A stretch of 64,000 nt of DNA. Origin: Balanoglossus misakiensis. Taxonomy: Eukaryota; Animalia; Hemichordata. The translations under genes and the position numbers were made by a program. How positions within the stretch are numbered: position 1 is the stretch's first letter; every line of letters starts with the position of its first letter. The stretch covers positions 3,136,760 through 3,200,759 of the forward strand of contig CM082576.2 of NCBI GenBank assembly GCA_040954595.2, written 5' to 3'. Below the pieces are notes generated by a model. The model was not told the DNA's origin. It searched no databases and was given only the letters and a program-made list of their open reading frames with translations. Positions 1 to 18,052 of the stretch are shown here, piece by piece.

Positions 1-3000
1 CTTTGGATTACGTCGACACAGACTACAGGTTCAAACGAATCATGCTTGAATCTTAAAATGGGGAATTTGAACAAAATTTTAGGCCGCATTTAAAAAGGTG
101 AACGGGCGTTCACGTCATGACAGCTGAGGAAACTTCACCATTAAGTGTTGAAATGAAAAATGAGAGAAGTGCATAATGGATTAGTCTAGGCCTACATTTT
201 AAATTTAGCATTTGGCACGGGTTACAAAAGTCACCGTGTCAAGATCTTTTAAGGACAAACATAATTGGCAAACATTGCCAAGTTTACCTCTAAAATCGTA
301 ATTCAAATCGAGTTGCGGAGAAAATCAAAGAGCGACCACTCCACATTGTCATGGTAACTCGGCTCCAATTTCTCGGAATGTTTGCTCAGGGATATTCGAC
401 CAGAGACAGGGAACAACGTGAATACGACTGGTGACCCCTCTGAAGCAGGTATCGAGGGTCAATTTTACACGGCGAGCGAATGGACTTGCACACGTCACGC
501 CAGTCAATCTCCAATCTCCTCCTCCTCCTCTGATGGCCATGCATGCCGTCCCCGAGGCTTTGTAAATCCTGCAATCCTGACCCCGGCGCGTTGTCTGGCA
601 ACAAGTTCACTCGTTGCCAGGCGACACGAGACAACATTCTCACCAGATTCTGTAACCATGGCGCGAACGCCGCAGGTCAATGACAAATACCCCCCCCCCC
701 CCCCGACCCGACGATTGATTACGGGTGCGCACAAACGAGGAAGTTCGACAACTTGCAATTCTATTTGCTAAAATAAATTCCTCTAACTTTTTCTTGACAT
801 GGTGAACTTACACGTCAAAGTTGTGTAAAAACATGAACGCGTACTGTACAAATACGAAAAGCGTATTGTACGACAGGGCGCCATAGGTTACGGTGGGATG
901 CATTATAATGGACATAATATAGCGAGTGAACACTTTCGATTTTAAGCTTGTCACGTGGGTTTCCAGCTTATCTATAATTTATGATTACCTGGCGTCACTA
1001 AAAGTCCCACTTGTTTATTGTTGGGGACGGGATTCCACTATAAAGGTGTCTCAGAAACCTGTTTCATTCACACCGTTCGAAGTGTACACACTTTTCACAC
1101 CAAGACTCATGACCAGTAAACTCATTTTACACGAACATTTTACGATAATGTATTTTATGTTGTTGACTGAGGCGTCTCTCCTGTGAAAACGCTGTCTTTT
1201 AATTCACACACTATGCCAATACAACAGTTCTTGAAAGTAGTTGTACTTTGCTTCATTACAGGAAATATCAAGGTTTTCAAAGTCACGACTTCCGTCACGG
1301 ACATTGGTTTCATGCATCTGATGTCTTTTTTCTGAGGCTCGACCGACCTGCAAGATTTTGTCAGAACTTATGTGCGGTTGACTTTGTTTCAGACGGTGAA
1401 GCCAGATTTTTCGTCGATCTGCTCGGGCTGGGGACACCATGAAAAATTTTGATGTTGATCTATTGGATACTCCCAAAATAATTAGATACTTGGGAATCCA
1501 ACGAGCGCTTATAATTCAAATAATCGTTTTGTGTCGCGGTGAAGTCTGCACGCAAGGTCGTTTTAATCCAATAATCGACATTTGATTAATGTGTTCAATA
1601 CAAAGAACCGCAGAGCGCCTTTCTATGGCACGAAACTGCAGGTTTACATTGCTTGTTGGTTTGATTTTGATGTGTGTGCTTTTTCCGCCGTGCGATGTGG
1701 GCCCATGCGTTGCCACACTGCATTGGAATGCACGCCTTGATCATTATGGGGAGCCTGGAGAAGGGTGATCACACACGCTAACAAGCCACACCAGACCAGT
1801 GCGTGGATAAATCTGCCGAGATCAAACACACAAACGCCATAATACTCTCCATTGGTCATCTAAATGTGAACACAGGAAGCGATAGGGTTCAGGAATCGTG
1901 TCTACTCTCGCGGATGAGCTTTCGTGTCGTTATCATATTACTGTAATTAATTTCAGTTCCATTTTTAAATTCATTTACATGTAACTAGAACGGCGAGTGC
2001 TCTCTTCGAGAGAAAACAGCGTCAGTTTGATCGTCATATTTCAGTTGTTGGTTTTTTCGCTCTGGAGTGACCGATCGGATTGAAATTTCTTTTAACCTTT
2101 GTTATAAATCGTTAGGTTTTGACCTATCTACTGTTATTGTTTTGATTCAAAATCTTGAGGGTATTATTCTCAATCATTTGGGAGAGCATTTTCGTCAGAT
2201 GAAACCCTATAAGGATTTGTCCAATGTCAGGTCTCTGTAACAGAGATACTCGTTTGAAATGACGGACATTTCACTTCAAAGAAAACAGGCAACTTCGATT
2301 TAATCCGAAGGCTCAAGCTGGCTGTATCGGGCTTGACAAGTTTTGATACTTGGGGTGGAGCAAACTGGTTTAAAGCAATTTGTTTCAGCTATCGCGATGA
2401 TAACCAATTTTCCTAATCTTCCAAGGCTCTACTCACCCCTCCCCCCTCTCTCTCTCTCTCCCCATCCCACCCCATCTCTCTCAGTCACAAGAAAATAAGC
2501 GTGAGGCACTGAGACAGCTCAGTAGTGAACAAGTGCTACTTTTTTGTGGCAAATAGTTCGAAGTCATTACGGACAGTTCTGTTGATACCACAACCACTTA
2601 ATTTGGAAAGCAGAAATGCCGCGGACTGACGACTTTATCCTCGCACAAAAACAACTGGAAATTAATGTCGGTTGCGTGTCGTCAGTCGCCATGGCAACCA
2701 TCACTTTACTCATATCCCCTCACTAATCAAATTTAAACCGCCGTGCACAAATACGATTCCGTCAATTTGAAGTGTCTAATGACAGGTCAAGTTTTGGATT
2801 AGTTTGCTCTGCCAGACAAGTAAAACACATTTGGTGTTCAAACAATCGATACAGCAACTGGAAGGCTGCTTAAAGGCCGCGTGGAATCTCGTGGTGGTAG
2901 TCATGTTTATTGTGGTAACGCTAAATTCACCGATAAATTGAACATCAGCGCCAACACATTATTTGGTCTCTCTCTCCCTCTGTCTGCCTCTCTCTCTCTC

Positions 3001-6000
3001 GGACGGCGACTGAATGATTGCAGTGGTTTGTTTCCACCGCCGCATCGGCAACATCAGCGAAACACGGAGCAATATCCGGTGATGCATTTGCTTATAGACT
3101 CTCTGAACGCTCACTGCAATATTTCACCAGATGTTTTTTTTCTCTTTTCAAGGGTGATATCGTCCATCAAATATGCATGGGCACGACACCTTGGGGGTCA
3201 TACAGCGTCCCCAGTGTTGACCAATGTAGTCATAGTAACGTGTACGCAATTCCCAACGGCACTGACGTAATCCTAGACCGTTTATTAAATTGTCCCTACT
3301 TCTTGTTATTGCTACGAAAGATGTTTCGGATGTGAATTTAGAAGGACTGTTGCCATTGGTAACCGGAATCACTCGTCACTGTCTTTCAAAATTAATCTAC
3401 TTAAGTGACCTTAATTTGAAAATAAAATGATTTTTTTTGGTAAAGCTAATTACATTACTCCCTGTATTCACCGGGGTCCTGGATACGTTAGTTATGAAAA
3501 GAATCGAACGAACGGGCGGTTTTTTGTTATGTCGTTTTCACCGTCACGGTTATATTCCCTAAGCTGCCGGACTACACGACAACAAAGATCACCACGTCAC
3601 TAACTGCTGTGGAGCTCTTACAATAACGTGAACGCATTCCTGCCATCGCGGTAAAATACGGGAGTTTTATGCAAAAACCGTTGCGTGCATGGAGCGCCAG
3701 TTGACTCCCGGAGTCACAGATCAAGTATTCTCTCCGGGGTGACGTGATGAAATACACGGCAGACAAAAGAAAAAAAGATGTAGGCACATTTCTGAAGGCG
3801 TTGCAGTCAGTGCGTCATTGATTTCACCGGCTTTAGAAATTGTATTGGCCATTTTGCTCTTCGTGAGAAGTTATTCACTGTTTTTTTCTGAATGCCAATA
3901 CACGTTGTATTGTCATGTTGCTCACGAAACTGCGCTTTCACATTTCTTGTAAACAATCATATGAAATTCCACTTTAAAAGTGCTGCTCCAAAAATAAAGT
4001 TTTAACCTTTATGCGCATGTGTAAGGCAAGCCTGTAACAACTGACGAATCACCAGAATGCAGCGACACAAACAACTTAATTAGATGAAACAAAACTTAAC
4101 CCTTGCCTCGATGCACATCAACTTGGGACATGAACTGACCATTCCATGACATACCAGTCGGTCAAAGACATTGTTGTGGTAGACGTCGTGACTCGATAAT
4201 GGAGAATGGTTGGCCATTTAACCTATATAAACATAAATCAGAGGTCTTGTGCGAAACGAGGTTCTGATAGCAAACCGAGTTATCAGTTGTCTCCCGTGAG
4301 AGGTTTCCACTGTATAGCTTTAGACCGTGCGGTATTTCTCATGTCGATACTCAAAATAATATCTTACTATTGGAATGTCTTTCTGCTCAGTTTCATGTCA
4401 CTTGTGTCATTTTGAACTTGAGGCCGTTAAACCTCTGGCGTTCTGTCGTACAATACTTTTCTGTATTTGTACAAGCTCTACCCCTCTCCGTCTGTCTTTC
4501 TCCGTGTTTCTCTACCCCCCCCCCCTCTCTCTCTATTTATATATCTCCTCCAACCCGACCATCCACATAAAAACGCAATCGTGACATATTATTCTAATAC
4601 ATACGCTATAGATGGCTCCTCATTTGCTACTTAGAGTATCTGCGCACGTAAATCGTTCCATTCTTGTCGTCTTGTCGCTGATTAGAAAAACCCGCGTGTA
4701 CAATTATTTTCCCTTGGCCCAATATATCGTCATTGCAATATACCGCTGATATCAAAAGCTTGGCACTAACGTTTGTTTAGACGCATTAAAAACTCTTCGT
4801 TTTTTGACAGCGGTGTAGTGACATGACGCCACGCGAGGTTCGATAAGCTCTCCCGCAACTACATCCGAACAAACGCCGGGGTAATAAATGCATCACTCGA
4901 CGTCAACAACTTTGAATAATATCTGAAAGTAGTTAAGAAGGGGGAATTAGAAATTAGACCTGTCATCGGGATCTTATTGGAAATTACACTGCCAGTGCTT
5001 CCAACCTCCTTTATGTAATCTAATTCCACCGAGTTAAAATAGTATTAGGAATATTTGTCAAAGCCCTAGAGACAGTTACTTTGGCATTTGTTCAGTTGTC
5101 TGTTTAAATCTCAGTTTTACGGGTTTTTTTGACAAATGTTTATTTTGAGTATTTATTCACATTACAAATTAATATGGTAAATAACTCGCTTTTTGTAAAG
5201 CCTTCAGTCAAAATGCGCGCTTAGCGATTGTAACTACAAAATAAAGTCGTGTGCGCAATAAAGCATATTTATTAGTTTACTGCGCTCACGAATGCCAAAA
5301 GTTAGCGCATCCGGGGTTTTATGAAATAAACTGTGGAGCAGAACTCAACTATGCACAGGATAAGGAAACGTCGTTTGAAAAATTAACACACGTGGGAAAT
5401 ACGTCAGCTGAAGGGCTATCACAGTTTATGAGTTAGCATTGATGTTAAAATGCAGAAACATGCTACTTGGGGTATTTTTTTATTCCACACACGTGATTTG
5501 ATCCGTTGACGATATGCAGCTGGGGTCCCAGCAGTGGCTGTTGGGTGAACGATCCAAGGACGAACGAAGAAATATCGGGATTTATTTTTATTTTCTAGTT
5601 TACTTATTTCTTTGGACACCGTGCGAAATACTACCAGTAAGAAGTAAAAATGACTAAATTCTATAAGAAATCACCGTGACCTCGTTTTAAAATTACTACT
5701 AGTAAATTAAAGATAAATGATGAAAAGGACCTCTGTGACACCGTAAGTATAGCCGCGGCAAGTTTTCTAAACAAAATTGTAGAAGTGGCAGGGGCGAAAT
5801 ATGTCACAGACATTTCTTTGCAGATTTTATTATTGATCCATTGATCCGCCATATTACAAACATGTACCAGCGTTGGCATGGCGTCCATTAGCGACATTCG
5901 TCTGAATGAGACCAATTCCGCGCCTTACTCTAATTTTGCAATTTAGCCTCCATTCTCAAGCCCTCACATCAATAAATACACTTCATATGACAACGCAAAT

Positions 6001-7098
6001 ACAATTCAAATAAAAACCCCGGTGCCCGTTAAGGTCGTTGCCAGCGTGCAACTGACAAGATTATAAACATTAATTTGTCTGACAAATATCTCATTTGTGC
6101 CATACGGCGATGATGATTCATGATGCTGGACTGGGGTTACGCGAATACTGCCATTGTAAATATTACACATATGCTGATCTGAAATTCTATTAGGGATGAG
6201 CGGAGCTATAATTAAAACAAAATACCGACCCAGGGTGTGTAATTGAAACTACTCGGAAGACACAGTTTGATGGATATCTGATAATGCCGATTTTATTACC
6301 GGTGAAATATAAGTCGACATGCTTGCTATCAGGATTGGGTACAGCTGAAAATTCCATCAATCGATCGAATTGATCCGCTGTCACCTACCTGAACAAGGGA
6401 TTGCTTTTATGGAATCTGTTTCGTGTTCAAAGCGGTTTATATTGTGTGCTCCGGAATGAAAAGAATTCATGCTGCGATTAAACGTAAGAAAACAGAGTTC
6501 AAAATCTCTAAAAATGTGTCTTTTGCGTGGCTGAGTTGGTTTCATCCAAGGGAATATTATCACTTGAAATGTGTTTAGAAAAATATATTATAGAAATATC
6601 GGCCGTGATTTGCAAATGGTGTCTCTGGTTTGTTATTGTACATGTTGCAGTCGATTCAGGAATGTGATGTTAGAAACAGTTCAACGTTCATATATGTCTG
6701 ATTATTCTAAATTACCTTTTCAAAAAAAATCACGACATCATGCTAATTGCATTCGCTATTGCTGTCACAAGTAATATTGGGCTGCATACCGAAGTAACCC
6801 TGTCCGTTAGGTTGGGTTTCACGGTCATTACAGCTACAACACGAAAGAATCTTGAAGTGTGTAATCGGCAGAACTGTATAAGTACGGAATGGAATTCGCC
6901 GATTAGCGGGTGGCCACTGTGAATCATGTATAACAGGAAAAACGCAGCGAGTCCCCGCAAATGGTGGAAATTCCACGCGTTATTGTACAGCCGCGACACA
7001 CTTTGTGCTGTTGATGTGAAAATAACCTTTTTTTCTGCGTTAAGTGTCTTTTAATAGGAAACGTAGGCCTGCTGTGGAGCGTTGTTCACGCGGTGTGT

Positions 7099-9009
7099 TT
7101 AACGAAGTGAATTTTGCCTGATTGGCGCTGGCACATTGTACTGCAGGGTCACTCTTGAGATTTCCATAGAATCCTTGGATTTCGATTTGGGTTTTGCCAG
7201 CCTTACCCGGTTCACCTTACGAGTCCTGAAATCGCTGTTGTCTCGTTTTAGGGTGCCCAGGGGCGTTTGGCGGCGGCTGTGAGACTGGGACAACAACGAC
7301 GCCGCCGCTTTTGACGGAGTCTTGTTGTTGACAGCCGTGTCCAGTGTCTTGGTCGGCTTTCTGTCAGAATCCCGCGGGGTCGGGGTGGCGTGAGGGGTCC
7401 TGATGGGACTACTGGCCACCGAGCGATACTCGAAGTCCAATTTGACGTAGGTCAGGGTTGGTGACACGCTAGTCAGGTAGTCGCTGACCTTGTTGTCCAG
7501 AATGTCGAGTTGAGCGGGAAACGACACCACAAACGGATCTTTGCTCATGTTTCCGTAACTTCTGTTCGGGCATATCAAGTAGTTTGTTTCCACTGGCACA
7601 GGAGAAAGACTCTGGTTGTCATTTAAAGGGTTTAAAATTGGCACTAATGTCGTCTTGACTTGCGTGTCGCCAACAGGTTGCGGCGGCGGAGAGCTGAGAG
7701 TTTCGACATCGGCTGCCACTAAGTTTGCGTTTGATATGGGCGGCAACTTCAAATTATTCTTGTCGTTGTCAATCCGTTTTGTCGTCGTTCGCAACATGCT
7801 CGTGTCGTTGTTTTTAACACCGACTTCCTTCGGGTGATTTGTTCCGTCAAAATCCACAACGGCAGTTGTGGGCACCGACTGACGATTTCGAAATACGGTG
7901 GCGTTCATATCCGATATCGGCCGCAAAACCGAAGAAGATGCCTGGCCACTTCCGAACCGATTGCTCCGCGTCACTTCTAAGTCGAGAAACAAGTCTCCCA
8001 GATAGTCGGACAACTTTCCGAACAGCTTGCCAATGCACGAATCGTGAAATGTTGGGACGTAGACGAGCGAACTCTCGAAGCAGTCGTGTATGACTTCCGA
8101 TAGCAACAGCGTTTGTTGTGAACTGGTATCCACGTCAACGCTGGCATTATCATCCATTCGGCTACTCTCCAGCTCCCCAGAGTCCGTGAAATGCCCGACT
8201 TCGCTAGAAATCTTCACGGGTGACTTGCAGCGATTCTTCTTGACGATTTCAGTCCTGTAGAACTGTTCGGGTAGTTCCCTGGGAAGAGTAAACCCCGCCT
8301 CCCTGACGACAACAACGGGGACATCGAAGGCCACGGCAGCCCCGAGATGGTGGATGCAAACGTCGTTGGTCAGCGATTTGTCATTCATCACGAAGATGAA
8401 AGCGTCGGCACTTGTAACGTTTCGGCAGACTTCGGAGAACGGTCCTTGCAGGCGCGGGGGGTTACTGCGAACGTAACTGTAAGGCGACAAGGCAGCGACG
8501 ATCCTCTCAGTGTTCGTGCCGGCAATGTTGACGTTTCCATCCGATATGGATCCACACACAAACAGTGTAGTCCTGTTGTAACTTTGGCGACTGGGACAGG
8601 ATTCCGAGCTCCTACGTCGTTGCGAAAAATTAATTACATTCAACTCGTTCGTCTTCTCCGGCGCCGCTGTCCCGGTCTGAACTCTCCCTCCGCCCTCCTG
8701 TTCGCGGTCTTCCAAGGGGGGAGAGTCGCCCCCTCCCTCCATGAACGGTTGTAGGAACTCCCAGAGCGAGTCCAGGCTCTCGTCCTGTATCAAGTTCGGG
8801 TAGATCTGCAGCAAACGCAGGATCGTGTTTATAACCTCGCAGTTGCGCTTGATCCACTCCAGAGCGCCGCTGAACGTTGGACTAAGTTTGGAAGCAATGA
8901 AGGCCTTCGATTGCGGAGTGCCACCCTGCCCTTCGTGGAATAATTCGTGGCATTTGCGGAATACGGGCAATCGACGCTGACTTCGCATCCTGCTATGCGA
9001 GTTGGTCAT
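7099..9009 (-). CDS. Uncharacterized intronless 636-aa protein with an N-proximal TIR-like (TIR_2/SARM1-type) domain and a long low-complexity S/T/P/basic C-terminal region
   Basis: 1.9-kb uninterrupted ORF, far longer than background ORFs. Segment TTLFVCGS...VTSADAFIFVMNDKSLTNDVCIHHLGAAVAFDVPVVVVREAGFTLPRELPEQFY fits the betaC-alphaC-betaD pattern of TIR_2/SARM1 domains (recalled SARM1 pattern: FVLVLS..AL...WVHKEIVTAL...IVPII.GFEWP..LPEDM). Translation may begin at the second Met (MRSQRRLP, ATG at 8988). Confidence 0.85.
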   Translation of the reverse strand: MTNSHSRMRSQRRLPVFRKCHELFHEGQGGTPQSKAFIASKLSPTFSGALEWIKRNCEVINTILRLLQIYPNLIQDESLDSLWEFLQPFMEGGGDSPPLEDREQEGGGRVQTGTAAPEKTNELNVINFSQRRRSSESCPSRQSYNRTTLFVCGSISDGNVNIAGTNTERIVAALSPYSYVRSNPPRLQGPFSEVCRNVTSADAFIFVMNDKSLTNDVCIHHLGAAVAFDVPVVVVREAGFTLPRELPEQFYRTEIVKKNRCKSPVKISSEVGHFTDSGELESSRMDDNASVDVDTSSQQTLLLSEVIHDCFESSLVYVPTFHDSCIGKLFGKLSDYLGDLFLDLEVTRSNRFGSGQASSSVLRPISDMNATVFRNRQSVPTTAVVDFDGTNHPKEVGVKNNDTSMLRTTTKRIDNDKNNLKLPPISNANLVAADVETLSSPPPQPVGDTQVKTTLVPILNPLNDNQSLSPVPVETNYLICPNRSYGNMSKDPFVVSFPAQLDILDNKVSDYLTSVSPTLTYVKLDFEYRSVASSPIRTPHATPTPRDSDRKPTKTLDTAVNNKTPSKAAASLLSQSHSRRQTPLGTLKRDNSDFRTRKVNRVRLAKPKSKSKDSMEISRVTLQYNVPAPIRQNSLR

Positions 9010-9398
9010 ATCTCTGTCGCGCTTGCTATTTCTCCCAACTGTGCCTCTTCACCCTCGAGTGATCGCATCTGTAACGTGTAGATATCCCTACTTTATCGGT
9101 AGAGTGTAGCTCGACCGGTGCAGTGCATGCAGGCCAACCAGTCGTCTGAAGATAATTTATGATGACGTATCAAGCCGTCCAGTATTTACACTCTGTGTCC
9201 ATGCGCAACCAGTCATCGTGGTAACACAACCTGGCACTTCGGGGCGACCGAAAATGTAAACTAGGGTGTGATTGGCGGCTCTCATGGGCGAAGACACGGA
9301 ACCCAAGAAACCAATCAATATGGGACTTGTGTATATGATGATGGCGCGTTTAACATGATATTATTATGGATGGGCACCAGTGGTTGATGGATGGTCTA

Positions 9399-14816
<5,418 letters not shown>

Positions 14817-17800
14817 TAGAAATGCGTACCGGCGGGCACATCACACGTTTTAGAACGGTGTGGTTCTTTGTTCGCTCAATTATGCATTAAGGCTTGTTTG
14901 ATCAATATATCAGATATAATTCACCGTCGATGATTTGATTATCTATTGAACGCAGAAGCAAGATTTCAACGCGACTATTATCCTTTCAAAATATTTTGCG
15001 TGACTTTCTGTCCATCGACAATGATCACTAGTGTTTCAACAAGAGGATGATGCTCTTTCTTCGTGTCGTTAATAAAATCTGTTCTCCCTCAATCTCTCTC
15101 TCACTCTCACTCTCTCTGTAGAAGAACTACACGTTTCATATGTGTATATAAGGAGTATAAATGTTTGCAATGAAATCCCATCTCATATGCAAATTGGCCT
15201 ACAGGTGTTACAGTCCAGAACGGAGATTCTCTGAAGATGGGTCGTTTTTCACAAACAAGAATTATGAGGAGGGCGAATCCTACAGCACCACGAAACACGA
15301 GGGTCGTAAATTCAAATGAAATCTTGACAGAATCAATTACTTGACGTTGGGTTATATACGGATAGTTCTGCCGCATCCCGGATAAGTTTTTCCGCGCGCA
15401 CAGCGACCGAGAGAGTTGCTTGCGTTGCCGTCAGCCCCTTGCATCTGTCACGTGATGTCAACCTTCACTACTCTCAGGGTTGACAACATCCAGCTGCTGT
15501 TTTCTGAGCTCAAAGTACACGGGTCGCAACAAAAACTCATATTTTCACCTTCTAAAATTAAATCACATAAATAACGCTGTTTAATTACGGTACAGAAGTC
15601 ACGCACTGTGTGTGTGCGAGTCTGGTGGAGACTACACAAGTCCCTTGCGTGGACGACAGAAGATTGTACCGCCGGTGATTTACTTATACGTGACTATAAA
15701 ATCCATCGGCGGGACACGTCGCCACTGCGCCAGAAAGCCTTTTCCTGGTGACGTTTGTATTCAGCTGTAAAATACGTACTGTTTTATCGTTTCCTGCGCG
15801 GAGCACCCTGCGCAAGCCGTGTACCCCAAATATCTAGATATCTAGGGGTAGATATTCGTAGAAAACATGATGTGCAAGAGAAATGAAATCGTTCAATGTA
15901 CGTTTGGTGCAACAGGGGTGAAATGGTATGGAGGAAAAATGGTTATTTCATCCCGAAGAACAAAAATAGCCAGAGATCCCTGACTCACCCGTACCCAACT
16001 ATACATCCAAGAATACCACAAAACGCTGATAATTACACCTAACAACGGTTGACCTTTGGATAATGATGGAAACCGAACAACTTGGATTGTCATTTTGTTG
16101 ATATTGGGTGTCACTCTGTTGATAATGCTGGGGCCGATATATTTCCCCAACTTCCCTAATTTGGGAAAGACAAATACCTCAAATGTTGATCCCAAATGGA
16201 AATTGCCTATCTATACTGATTTATGGACTCGCCACGTCCTTCGGAGTAAAGATTTACATCTGTAAAAAGCAACGACTTTTACGACTCAAAAGAAGCGATG
16301 CTTATTCAGGAATTTGTTCGCGGAAAAGCATGTTTAAATATTTCCGTGCGTGGAGTTGATATTATTCAAAAATGAATATTTTGAATATCGGAGTTTGAAA
16401 ACTTTGCGAAAACAAGGCCGAACCAATACAAAAATCAAATGTAAAATTCTGAGGTGATTCGGCTGACCGAAAGTTTGAGGAAAAGTTTAACTTGGACAGA
16501 TTTAACCACATGAAACGTTGTGATAAAGAACAAATAAACCATGAACTTGTATATTTGCCTTCCAAAGCAGAATATAGTACAAATACTTGAGCGCCAACTA
16601 TTTGCTTATATTTAATTGACACAGAAATCATTTTCCGTGAAATGTGGCTCGCAGCTGTGTTCTGTTCAAAATATTCCCGTGCCTCGGCTTTCTACGCATA
16701 TCACATCTTTGGAGTTTGATCTCTTGAGATGTATTAACGTTTTTGTTGAAATTGTAATGTTCAAAATCTAACTTCGTACTATAAGAGTTTGAATGACCAC
16801 GGTCCCTCGTGTCTGTGAACTTGAGGGACCGTGAAAAATTAGGGACCATTGATGTCGTGAGAAAAATCTAGGCTAAATCATATAGCAAGTGCAATTTGCC
16901 AAAGCGGACGTTTTTCGCGCACATAGCTTCGAGATCGAATGCAATTGGACGACGTAAACGATTTCTACCTTTACCGATCAAAATATCTGTTTATACGTAT
17001 TGTCAACAATAATTCTAATTTCTTCGGCAAATTAATTGCGACACCTGTCAAATCTGATCCAGTGGTAGTTGTTTTCGAATTTTGGGAGAGAAAAAATGTT
17101 TCTGTACAATCATTAACCTCCCACTGTGGAATAATTTCTGTGCGCTTGCACTCACTTTAATGACGTTATTATCCGAGGGAATAGCCATTATCGGACTCGG
17201 TTGCCCAACAAAGGCAATACATGTGTACGCGCGCACAGAGTGGAAACTATCCAAGCCTCGCTTACTCCCAACAGTACAGACGACTGACGACATCGCCTAT
17301 TCACAAGCCCTGTCAAAGCGCACTTAAGATGTCATATTAAGTCACTTGCGTTTAATACATAGATGGAAAGCAATTTTATTCCCCCTTTTCATCGGAGCAT
17401 GTTCTGTTCGTTGACCGGGCTGACAGATTCAAAAATGAAATAGTTCTTATGCATATTCAGGATATGTAAGGGGTTGAAGTTGTTGCACCCCACCAACGTT
17501 TGTTGAATTGGACATCTGGTTTCACTAAACAGCACGGTATACGGTGTTGTATGGCGTCTCCGCAATTTTCAAGTTATTAGCGTGTTACACGTTCTCAATT
17601 TATTTTGCACAGTAAAAACAAGCAACCGTAGACTTCCTTCCAGGGGCCATGGTCAAACACAAGGTACGAATCATTCATTCTGCGGTAATGCCCCCTGGTA
17701 TACGCAGTATAAAGGAGGGCATAGAATTTGCAATTTCTACACAATTTGTTGACGTGCACAGATTACAATTCACCCGGCTTCGAGGTGGTCGGAAGCTGTA

Positions 17801-18052
17801 CTTCCTGACCAGTATTTGAAAAAGCGCCACCACAAGACGAACCTGACAGGAACCATTTCCTTTCGTTCTAGTCGGCATGACACACGTGGAAATATCCTCA
17901 AAATCTTGCCACCAGACAAATTCAGCAGTCTTCAACCACAGTCAATTTCATATAAATATTCAGTCAATCCCCGAATCTGTGACATTTTATAAATTTAAAT
18001 CTAAAACACCAAACTCAAAATTCTGAATGTAAATGACATCTGCACGCTCCTC

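Noticed and set aside
15939-16265. Small TM-like ORF (WIVILLILGVTLLIMLGP), extendable if TGA were read as Trp or Sec
   Set aside because: No ATG before the hydrophobic segment in the standard code, no recognisable mitochondrial protein, SECIS or splice sites; likely chance.
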